From Vicugna vicugna (lineage: Eukaryota), in contig MU060796.1 of the NCBI GenBank assembly GCA_013265495.1, forward strand, positions 1,059,104 through 1,123,103: DNA of 64,000 bases. Direction: 5' to 3'. Below the pieces are notes generated by a model. That model did not search any database. It saw only the letters and a list, made by a program, of their open reading frames with translations, and was not told the origin of the DNA. The position numbers were made by a program, and so were the translations under genes. Below are positions 12,622-22,825 of the stretch, piece after piece; position 1 is the stretch's first letter; each line of letters starts with the position of its first letter.

Positions 12622-13088
12622 TGTATTGGTTTCCTAGGACTGCCGTAACAAATTACCACAAATGAGATGGCTTAAAACACCAGAAATTTATTCTCCCATG
12701 GTTCTGAAGACTAGATGTCTGAAATTAAGGTGTTGACAGGGCTATGCTCTCACCAAAGCCCCTAGGGGAGAATTCTTTCCTGCCTCTTTCTAGTTTCTGG
12801 TGATTGTCAGCAATCTTCGGCATTCCTTGGCTTACACATGAATCACTCCAATCTCTGCCTCCATCTTCATTTCCCCTTCTTCCCCTCTGTGTCTTTTTTC
12901 TCCTCTTCTTTTATGGACACTTGTCTGACTGGATTAAGAGCCCACCCTACTCCAGTAGGAGGTGAAGCTCCAATAGCAGTTTCGTCTTAATTAATTACAT
13001 CTGCGATGGCCCTAGTTCCAAATAAGGTCATATTCTGAGGTTCGGGCAGAGACATGAATCTGAGGAAGAGATTATCTAACTGGACACA
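12622..13088 (-). mobile_element. MLT1C-like MaLR solo LTR
   Basis: TGTATTGGTTTCCTAGGACTGCCGTAACAAATTACCAC...TTCCAAATAAGGTCATATTCTGAGGT. Confidence 0.85.
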
Positions 13089-13159
13089 CCCTGTATTTTT
13101 GTCTGTGTTGTTTTGTAGAACTTAACACATCTTAATTTGTCCTGTTTATTTTCCTTTTT

Positions 13160-13290
13160 AGGATCTGATTGCCCCACTAAAATGTAAACTCCATGAGAAT
13201 AGGGCCCTCGTCCCTCCAGCTTATCCTTTCCAGAACTTATCACAGTTCCTAGCACATGCAAGGCACTGAATAAATACCTGTTGCAAAGAG
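13160..13290 (+). mobile_element. L2 3' end
   Basis: CTAAAATGTAAACTCCATGAGAATAGGG...CCTAGCACATG...AATAAATACCTGTTG. Confidence 0.7.
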
Positions 13291-14594
13291 AAAGGGAGAA
13301 AGGAAGGAAAGAAAGGAAGAAGCACTTTCTGCTTTGACATTTTAAAGATAGTACATGGAAATCAAGAATGGTGATGCTAAGGAGGGGAAATCAGGAAAGC
13401 AGGGGCTTCCTACTAATGGCTGTTTAGGGACCAACCTTTTTATTTTCTTCCCAGAAGCTTCAGAATTGGCCAGCTGGGGCTCCTCGACAACCTCTCAGAC
13501 CTCTTCATTCCTTTGACTCCTGGAAACCTGCCCTCAACCTGGTTAGCTAGAACAGCAGCTACCCAGCTAACCAGGAGAGTGGCAGAGAGATAAGGAAAGA
13601 AGAGGCACTCACCATACCTGTCCAGGTCACTCTCTGTGGCATTTTCTTCACATTGGAGGAGCGGTGTCCACTGCAAGGGCGCCCCTTTCTCACAACGGAG
13701 GATGCAAAGCCACTCTGCCACTCAGCTGCCTGCAGGTAACTGAGAGGAGTGGGCCCTGTGGGGACAGGAGTAAACTGGGGTGTGTCCAGGTAAATGGGTA
13801 CGTGCCATGATCTCTAGGTGACTGTGCTCCTAAAGAAGGGTTTTGTATGTCTTCACCTTCCAGTTTTTCAAACCAACTCTGAGGTCCAGATTTTTAAATA
13901 AAATCACCTAATTAGCAAATGTTGGCAAGCAATTCATTTTTTTTTTTTTAAAAAAAAGCTATGGAGACCAAACTGCCCACCACTCCAAATGCCTATGATC
14001 TGAGGTGACTCTTGATTTGCAACCTCTGGTGCAACACAATTCCTGTTTGCCATTAAGAATCTGAAATTTCCAAACAATGTGGATGGTAACAAAGCAAAAC
14101 TCTGGTCTATAAACTCATGCAGGTAAACTGAACCCCACCCCCCAAAAAAGGCAAGGGACAGGTCCAAACATTCATAGTTAAGACAAGCAAAGCAGAACAC
14201 CACCCCCTGCCCCAACCTGGCCACTAGAAGGGATAATGGGTCCTTGACTGGCTATATTTTAACCCAAATCCTCTCCAAATATTTGCATGAAGTGTGAGGA
14301 TTAAGGGGAAGGGAAAGCCCAGCAGCCTGGCTGCCCCTTTCCTTCAGTCAAACCAGGGACTAGCCTTCCAGTATCCCCCTCCCAAACTCCCAGCACGACC
14401 TCCCCAAGTCCCCAAAAGACCCTGATCTCCCTCCTAGAGGAATCATGGTTAACAATATCAGATAATGGTACAGTGTGGGTTTTGCCAAGCAATCAAAGCT
14501 GCATTTTCCCCTTCTCTAAGATAAAGACTAGGTTATACGCCAACTTGGTGCAAATTAGAGAAAAATGCTTTTCCTCCAGTGCAGCCCTGAGCCC

Positions 14595-14779
14595 AGGTAC
14601 ACAACTTGATGAGCACAGGACGGGACTTCAGACTCTCTTAGTTCCTCAGCTGGGTGCCCTTGTTCAGTGAGCATCCTGTACAACCATATGTGGACACCCT
14701 AGGCTAGTCTCTCCCTTATAGGTCTGTTGTAAGAATTAAATGTGATACTGTGTGAATATGCTTAACACAATTATTTGGC

Positions 14780-14780
<1 letters not shown>
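14595..14780 (+). mobile_element. MIR SINE ending in (AAT)n
   Basis: TATAGGTCTGTTGTAAGAATTAAATGTGATACTGTGTGAATATGCTTAACACA, degenerate MIR 3' half. Confidence 0.6.
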
Positions 14781-14827
<47 letters not shown>

Positions 14828-14830
14828 TAA
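14781..14830. repeat. (AAT)14 microsatellite
   Basis: Direct read: 14 perfect AAT units followed by AACAAT. Confidence 0.97.
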
Positions 14831-15043
14831 CTCAATATGTTATTTTTATCTTGAATTTTTTTACAAATAATAGAGAATGACACTGGTACCCTAAACCAGT
14901 GCAGCTTTTAGGGTCCTCAGCATGATTTTAGATAATGTGGATACAGAGAATTAATTAACATTACTGAATGATGAGAAATATTCCCTTTTCAATTGCTTCA
15001 CTTCTATAAAGATTCAGTATTTTACACTCAACACTTGCTATCT

Positions 15044-15044
<1 letters not shown>

Positions 15045-15085
<41 letters not shown>

Positions 15086-15092
15086 ACACACA
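15045..15092. repeat. (CA)18 TA (CA)5 microsatellite
   Basis: Direct read. Confidence 0.97.
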
Positions 15093-17256
15093 GGGACCTC
15101 CAGAAGTCATTCCCAAGCAAGCAACATGACTAAATTGTATTAAGGTTGCTCAGTTTTAGTTGTGTTTATCTTTTACAATTTCTTTCTAGGGTGAGTAATA
15201 GCCGCTTTTCAATGGATAGTAATAGTATCAAGTTTTCTTTCCAAAAACATGTATTTAAGTATTTAAAGTGAGTCAATGTAACGAAAAATATTAAATAGTA
15301 GAGGTGGTAGTGAAAGGCTTGGGGTTTGCGGAACTCGACCCTACACAATTCCAGACAAGGCCAGATCTTAACGCCTCTGCTTTTAAACCAAAAGCTGTCA
15401 ACTTTCATAGCATGAAGTTGGAAGAGAATGGGGTGATCAGTGCAAGTGTCTGATGGCCAGAGGTTCCCCTCTGGACTGCGTCTAGAACTGGGCTCTATGC
15501 CCTTCTGATTTTCCAGTGTAGGTTCCCTCAGAGCTCAATTCAGTTCACTCCCGCAGAGCTCCGGATTTTCATAACCTCTTGGAGAGGTGTGTCTGCGTCC
15601 GGGGTCCTGAGCTTTGCAGATCTTCTCTAGGAAGGACACGTCCCTCTAGAACGACTGGGTCCTCCATGTGGGCTGAGCCCAGGCGCAAGCAGGCTCCCAA
15701 CGCCCGGGGGCCTGGGCGCAACCTTCCCTGACCAAGCGCGGTCACTGCGCGCTCCAAGATTAAGGCAGAGTGAGCAGGGCACCGTACACAATGCGGCCGT
15801 ATTTGATCCTGCGACGTGTCACTCGGAATCGCAATTTATTGCCATTAGACGACGTTGTCAAGCATCAATTTCCTGGTGGTGCTCCGTCAGAGGCCTCGAA
15901 ACATCAGGGGAGGGGGGCTCTGAGGCCCCTGGGCTGAAGGCGTAAAGGAACCGTCACGAGCCAGGCGGGGGTTCCAGTAACGAGGCTTTAATGAGGGGAG
16001 GGCGGCCGGCCTTTGTGGGGAAGCCCAGGAGGTGGCGGCCCGACCGCGAGCTCTGCGAGATCACTTCCTTCCCCGGGCCCCAAGCACCGTGAACCCGCTG
16101 AGGGCCAGCTGCAGCCACTAGACCGGGTGCCCACTGTGGGCACTCGTGGCCCCCGCCACCCTCGCCCTCTGGGAACTGCGGCGGGAAACGCAGCATCTCC
16201 ACGCAACAATGCAAACGCGCTCATTACCATCTCGTCAATATGCATGAAGAAAATGCGCTAGACTGGCCGAGCCCCATCACCCAGATCTGGCCTCGGCATC
16301 CAATAAAACGACATTTTCATCTCCCAAGATGGATGAGGAGGGGGCGCCGCCGGGAAGGCAGATCCACGGGGGGAGGGGACAGATCCTGGAGAGGAAGAGC
16401 AGAGGAGAACCTGAGAGACAGACCAAGAAATCGACGAAAGAAATACATAAGGATGAAAGAGAGGGAGGAAAGAAAGAAAGAACGAGAGCGAGGGAGAGGG
16501 ACATAGTCAGGGTCAGGAAGAGGAAAAAAGAGACATAAAATAATGGAAGAGGGAGGGAGCAAAATTGAGAAAAGTGAACTTAAGAGTGGTCCAGAGGGAA
16601 ACAAAGAAAACAGCCAATGAGGGAATGGAGGAAAGAGAATAAAAATCGATGACCTAGAAATCTAATATATAGAAAGTGGGAAAGACAGAAGGATAGAGGA
16701 AAAACAAAGGAAGGGGAGGGGTGAAACTGCTCGAGTCAGGTGGAAAAGGATGATCCTGGAGAGGTGAAGAAAAATAACCTCACTTGCGCTGAGCGCCAGG
16801 TTTCCCAATCCAGGCCGTTCTGGGCGCTGCGCAACGCGGGCTGCTTGGAGACCCAGGGGCTCGGGCCAGATGGGGACGATGCAGGGACGGAGTCGGGGAG
16901 CCAGGGGCCCGCCGGGCAGCTCTGCCCGGGCCGCACCGGGTGCCCAGGCCTGGCTGGGCGCCCACCCCGCGCTTCTTGGCCAGCCGCTGGCCGGGCCATT
17001 CGGGCAGCCTCTCCCTCGCCGAAAGCAAAGTTGGCAAAGTTTCTCCCAAAGTTTCGCCGTCGCTTCTCGGGACCCAGGGAGGGGCTCCGAGGCCCTGGCG
17101 GCTGGTAGGGAGCGGCAGCCCGTTCCAGGGCGGCTCTGGAGGCCACGGGCCCGCGCTTCCTGGGATACTCGGGGTCCGGATTCCTGGCCAGATACAAATC
17201 CCTTCCAGTGCGGACACCAGGCCACGACTCGAGCGTCCACGCGGCTGCTAATAGCG

Positions 17257-17727
17257 NNNNNNNNNNNNNNNNNNNNNNNNNNNNNNNNNNNNNNNNNNNN
17301 NNNNNNNNNNNNNNNNNNNNNNNNNNNNNNNNNNNNNNNNNNNNNNNNNNNNNNNNNNNNNNNNNNNNNNNNNNNNNNNNNNNNNNNNNNNNNNNNNNNN
17401 NNNNNNNNNNNNNNNNNNNNNNNNNNNNNNNNNNNNNNNNNNNNNNNNNNNNNNNNNNNNNNNNNNNNNNNNNNNNNNNNNNNNNNNNNNNNNNNNNNNN
17501 NNNNNNNNNNNNNNNNNNNNNNNNNNNNNNNNNNNNNNNNNNNNNNNNNNNNNNNNNNNNNNNNNNNNNNNNNNNNNNNNNNNNNNNNNNNNNNNNNNNN
17601 NNNNNNNNNNNNNNNNNNNNNNNNNNNNNNNNNNNNNNNNNNNNNNNNNNNNNNNNNNNNNNNNNNNNNNNNNNNNNNNNNNNNNNNNNNNNNNNNNNNN
17701 NNNNNNNNNNNNNNNNNNNNNNNNNNN
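17257..17727. other. Assembly gap (471 N) in the upstream CpG island
   Basis: Direct read. Confidence 1.
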
Positions 17728-20229
17728 CAGTGGGAGCGTGCGCCGCTGCGTCTGCAGGAAGCGGAGGGATCGCCAGCCCGCACTGCAGTCCGAGGACTTC
17801 GGGCCTGGCAGGGAAGGACAGGAGATGGGCCTTGGGGAGGCTTAGGGCTACAGCGGCGCCCCCGAGGGGACGCGTGGGTACCATGGGGCTGGACGAGGAG
17901 GGGGCAGGGTCAGGGGCAGGAAGAGGGCCTGGTGGCTCCTGGCTTGTGTACAGCGAGCGGTGCAGCCCTTGAGTCTGGCGGGGCACACGTCGAGCCGCGC
18001 GGCCCCAGGTGCGAGACCAGAGATCGCTGCTGTGCGCCCTAAGCGAGTGCTCTGGACACCCCCCGTGCATTTCTCACACCCTGGGTAGAGTTAGGAGAGA
18101 GTCTAGGGCAAGCTTCCGCAGGGCTTTGTGCTCTGGGAATGTTGGAAGAAAGCGAGATGATGGAGAAGAGTTCGCGTGCTGCGCTTTTTTGCGCGCATGC
18201 CTTTCCCAAATCAGCTTCCCCTGCACCTGCTTTTCCTCCCTGTGCAAGTGTCACTTGACCCTATCTCGTGGATTAAAAATCCCTGGGAAAGGCTTGGCTG
18301 TCCTCGGACCCGCGAGCTCAGTACAGTGCCGGGATCCACTGACACGGTGGAACTGGGGAGCCAGTGCCACGTCGGGGCTCGGCTGACTAGGGCTGAGTCC
18401 AGACGTGGGGCGTAGATTGCCCGGGCCAGGGCAGGGATGATCTCAGCTGGAGACTAGATTAGCGGAGAGGCTGCTTCTGCTTGGGACCTGGGGCGCCTGG
18501 AGGTATCTAACCGAGGCTGTTGGGTCCGCATCTGGATTAGCGGTTCACCTTCTGGGCCACGAGCGCCCCCGACCCGGCGTGGCTAGTTCACTGAGAACAG
18601 CCTCGCCCCTTCCGTAGCCTCTTTCCCGCCTCCCGCAGTCCGACGCAGCCAGGTCGATAGCTGGTTAATGAGGACGGAAGAAGCATCTCTGGGGTTCCTT
18701 GTTCTCTCTTTTCCTTCTGGAAGAGGTGAGTTAAATAGCGGCCCAGCGCACTCCCAGTTTCCCCACCTCAAAATCTCGCTCTTGGCTCCTCCCTGGTCTG
18801 GTGCCACCACTTTGTACAAACTCTAGGATTTCAGGGCCGCCGAGGCTCTGGGTCTGACACCTAGGAAATACTCCGAGAAATAATGCTACCCTCAGTTTTG
18901 TAACCCTGACATTTTTCACGAGATGAGCCCATGATTCCCTATGCCACTTCGCTGAGATTTAACTGAAAACGAAATCAGGCGCCAGGGAAACATTTCAAAG
19001 CCAGAGCTTCCACTGATACCTCCTTTTCTGGGAAGACTCCAGCTAAAGCCAATGCCTGGCACCAGGCAAAAGTAGGTGGGGAGGGGCTAAGGGAAGTACT
19101 GTGACCCAATATGAGACTGTCCCACGTTAGTTTCCCCAATCGAACCCCAAACCTAGCTGCCCCCAAACTTTGTTCCCCCCAATTTTCTTGGCCTTCACAC
19201 CTACTGGAGCCGCCCACCTGCGTGAAAACTGGTGGAAAGAGGCAGGGAGTGGGGGTGGGGTCAAAACCGGGTGCTCGCGGGAGTTCATTCCTGAATGAGG
19301 TTCCCCGGAGCTGCTGAGACCAGAGACAGCCGGGGCCAAGACTCCCCGATCCCTCCATTCTGGTGGAATTCGGATTCGATTCCTCTATCAATCAGCACTC
19401 GGCGGCCAGTTTTCGCCTCCGAGCCGAGACTGGGAACTCCAAGACAGTCGTCGTCCCGGTGTTGTCCCCGGGGCGCTCCTGCTGCAGGCCTGGCCTGTGC
19501 GTAGGTTGCCGCAGCGGCCTAAAGCGTTTAGCCCGAAGCCGCCGCAATCCCGGGAATTTCCATTCTGCTGTCGGCTACACGCCTTAATCTGCTAAAGTGG
19601 GCGCCCGGGCACTGGGATTTGGGGTTTGACTTAGGAAACATCCCACTATAAAACTAAGTCTTGCCTCCCTTCCATACGCGAGCGGGTGGGAGGATCCCTG
19701 CAGAAAGAAAACAGGTTGGCGCGGAGACCGGGAAGCAGAAGAGGTAGTGAAACGAAGAATCTCTACGGACCGAAAATTCCAATATACAAACTTCTCCAAG
19801 AGCTCCCCGAAAGTTCCCGGAGCCTCCGCCACCCGGCTCCCTGCTCCTCCCCCATCCCAGGCCGGCTTAGGGCGCCGGCAGGCTCCTCTTTCCTACCGTC
19901 GTTCCCCAAGATCCCTGGGGCGTCTGCCCTTCAGCACCCCCACCGGCCGAACCCGCCATTTCTAATAAGGGTTTCGCACCCTGACACCAGCATTAATGTG
20001 GTTCACTTCAGGGTTTGGTCCTCTAGAGTAGGGGGGCTGATTCGCTTTTCAGGGCAGTGAGATGGTCCTTGAAGACTCGACTAGAACGCATCCCCATCAC
20101 CCCTCTAGCACTCTTCAAACTCCCTCCCTATGCTGCTGAGAGTGGCCAGGAATCAAGAGGTGTGAGCTGGAAAGAGGGCCACGACAGACAAAGCCCCAGC
20201 GGCTGCCCCTGGACCAAGGTCTGGTCCCG

Positions 20230-21000
20230 ACCCAGGCCCGCGTGCTGGGGCAGGGGCAGAGGTACCTAGAGGCGGGAAGCGGGAGGGGCGAGCTGACCCC
20301 GCACTAACCCCGGTCCCCGCGCTTCTCGCTCCCCCTCCCGCCCCGGGCCAGAGGGGGCGGGAAGGGACTCAGAGCGCCGCGGCTCCCGCCCCCGCCCGCC
20401 CCGCCCCGCGCGCAGTATCCGCGGGGGTGGGCGGCCTCGCCTGCAGGGCGCCCGGCGATTGGCGACTCGAGAAGGAGACGCAAGGAAAAGTCGAATAAGA
20501 GGGCGCGACGTCAGACCCGAGATTTGGGGAAGGGCGAGGGAGGGGGTGAGGGCGGGGACGGACACACAGACAGACGCAGATACGGACACACACCCCCCGC
20601 ACAGCACCCCAAGTGTCCACAACTTTTGGCCGCCTTCGCCCAGGGCGCAGAGGCCAGGGGTGGGAGTGTAATGTGAGTAGAGAGAAATAGATTTTAAAAA
20701 GAAGGAAGAGTGAAGGGAACAGAAGGGGGAGAAAAGGGAATAGTGAGAAAGGGAAAGAAGGAGAAAGAAAAGAGTTTCCTAGCGTCCAAGAGAGTGAAAG
20801 AGCCCGAAGGAGCGGAAGCGATCCTGGGGGGAAGAGGAGCGCAGAGAGGGGAGGGGAGAGGAAGGGCGAGGAGGAGTAGTGAAAACTAGAGGAGAGCGAA
20901 GGAAGCGAAGCGCGACACTGCTCGGGGAGAGGAGGGCAGTGAGGAGCGAGGCGCGGGCAGAGGCACCTCCGCTGCCGAGAGGAGGGAGTGCGGCGCAGAG
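20230..21000 (+). promoter_or_regulatory. IRX3 proximal promoter region (GC boxes, TATA-less)
   Basis: Clustered GGGCGG/CCGCCC SP/KLF boxes at 20340-20440, followed by a polypurine tract and the 21003-21155 gap. The TSS cannot be placed exactly. Confidence 0.65.
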
Positions 21001-21002
21001 AG

Positions 21003-21155
21003 NNNNNNNNNNNNNNNNNNNNNNNNNNNNNNNNNNNNNNNNNNNNNNNNNNNNNNNNNNNNNNNNNNNNNNNNNNNNNNNNNNNNNNNNNNNNNNNNNN
21101 NNNNNNNNNNNNNNNNNNNNNNNNNNNNNNNNNNNNNNNNNNNNNNNNNNNNNNN
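21003..21155. other. Assembly gap (153 N) in the IRX3 promoter/5' UTR
   Basis: Direct read. Confidence 1.
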
Positions 21156-21195
21156 GCGCGGGAGGCAGCGCGGCCCCAGCCCGGCCCAGCCCCCG

Positions 21196-21225
21196 ATGCG
21201 CGCCGGAGCCCGCGGGCGGCGCTGA
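21196..21225 (+). other. Upstream ORF MRAGARGRR* in the presumed IRX3 5' UTR
   Basis: ATG at 21196 in weak context and TGA at 21223-21225. In frame with, and 84 nt upstream of, the main ATG. Confidence 0.6.
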
Positions 21226-21279
21226 GCTGGGCGGCCCCGGGGGCCGGGCCCCCTCTCTGTCCGTGCCCCGCGGGCCACC

Positions 21280-21546
21280 ATGTCCTTCCCCCAGCTCGGA
21301 TACCAGTACATCCGCCCGCTCTACCCACCCGAGCGCCCGGGGGCCGCCGCCGGCAGTGGCAGCGCTGGGGCCCGGGGCGGCCCGGGAGCCGGAGCCTCGG
21401 AGCTGGCCGCCTCGGGGTCTCTCTCCAACGTGCTCTCGTCCGTGTACGGGGCGCCCTACGCTGCGGCGGCAGCGGCGGCCGCCGCCGCCCAAGGCTACGG
21501 CGCCTTCCTGCCCTACGCCGCGGAGCTGCCCATCTTCCCGCAGCTG
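21280..21546 (+). CDS. IRX3: Iroquois homeobox 3, coding exon 1 (89 codons, MSFPQLGYQYIRPLYP...ELPIFPQL)
   Basis: GCCACCATG Kozak start at 21280. Translation matches the characteristic IRX3 N-terminus, with an Ala10 tract. Donor CTG|GTAAG after 21546, phase 0. Confidence 0.98.
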
Positions 21547-21714
21547 GTAAGCGCCCCGGGAGCCGGGGCTAGGGGTTTGGGGCTGGGGCGCAGGACGAGG
21601 TGAGCGCGCGGGAGTAGACTATCAGGGCCCGGGCCGGGAGGGTGGAAGCGGCGACCGCCAGAACTCAATCTCGCTCCCTCCGCGCGTGTCTCTTGCTTCC
21701 CCATGTGCGTACAG

Positions 21715-22825
21715 GGCACGCAGTATGAGCTGAAGGACAGCCCGGGGGTGCAGCATCCGGCCGCGGCCACCGCNNNNNNNNNNNNNNNNNNNNNNNNNNN
21801 NNNNNNNNNNNNNNNNNNNNNNNNNNNNNNNNNNNNNNNNNNNNNNNNNNNNNNNNNNNNNNNNNNNNNNNNNNNNNNNNNNNNNNNNNNNNNNNNNNNN
21901 NNNNNNNNNNNNNNNNNNNNNNNNNNNNNNNNNNNNNNNNNNNNNNNNNNNNNNNNNNNNNNNNNNNNNNNNNNNNNNNNNNNNNNNNNNNNNNNNNNNN
22001 NNNNNNNNNNNNNNNNNNNNNNNNGGGCGCCCCGCAGTCGCACTGACGAGGAGGGCAACGCTTACGGGAGCGAGCGTGAGGAGGAAGACGAGGAGGAGGA
22101 TGAAGAAGACAGCAAACGCGAACTGGACCTGGAGGAGGAGGAGCTCGCGGGGGAGGAGGAGGACACCGGGGGCGAATGCCTGGCGGACGACGATGAGGAT
22201 GAGGAGATCGATTTGGAGAACTTGGACGGCGCGGCCGCCGGGCCTGAGCTGGCCCTGGCTGGGGCGGCGCACAGGGACGACGACCTCGGCCTGGGACCCA
22301 TTTCAGACTCCAAGAATAGTGACTCGGACGACAGCTCCGAGGGCTTGGAGGAGCGTCCACTGCCCGTCCTGAGTCTGGCCCCAGCGCCACCGCCGATGGC
22401 CGCGGCTCCGCCATCTCCGCCCTCGCCCCCAGCGGGCCTGGACCCCTGCGCTCCTGCACCAGCGCCCGCTTCCGCCCTGCAGAAACCCAAGATCTGGTCC
22501 CTGGCCGAGACGGCCACAAGCCCGGACAACCCGCGCCGTTCGCCCCCGGGCGCGGGGGGTTCTCCCCCCGGAGCAGCGGTCGCGCCCCCAGCTCTGCAGC
22601 TCTCTCCGGCCGCCGCCGCGGCTCACAGACTCGTCTCGGCGCCGCTGGGCAAGTTCCCCGCTTGGACCAACCGGCCGTTCCCAGGTCCGCCGGCCGGCCC
22701 ACGCCCGCACCCGCTCTCCCTGCTCGGCTCGGCCCCTCCACACCTGCTGGGACTTCCCGGAGCCGCGGGCCACCCTGCCGCCGCCGCCGCCTTCGCTCGG
22801 TCGGCGGAGCCCGAAGGCGGAACAG
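21715..22825 (+). CDS. IRX3: IRX3 coding exon 2 (TALE homeodomain hidden in N gap, acidic region, IRO box)
   Basis: Pyrimidine tract and TACAG|GGC acceptor at 21714/21715. Reads GTQYELKDSPGVQHP, then the gap, then WAPRSRTDEEGNAYGSEREEEDEEEDEE. IRO box KPKIWSLAETATS at 22483-22521. Donor ACAG|GTGAC after 22825, phase 1. Confidence 0.96.
21774..22024. other. Assembly gap (251 N) covering the IRX3 homeodomain
   Basis: Direct read. Reading frame is preserved across it. Confidence 1.

Noticed and set aside
16662-18070. Long ORFs of 254-444 aa in several frames on both strands
   Set aside because: They run through the 471-N gap (X codons cannot be stops) in GC-rich DNA with few stop codons. The visible peptide is Pro/Gly/Arg/Ala-rich with no domain or splice structure.
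19930-19950. TTCAGCACC as a REST/NRSE site
   Set aside because: Only the left half matches; the GGACAG right half is absent at canonical spacing.
20158-20165. Isolated AGGTGTGA T-box half-sites (also 45092-45099)
   Set aside because: About two hits are expected by chance in 64 kb on both strands.
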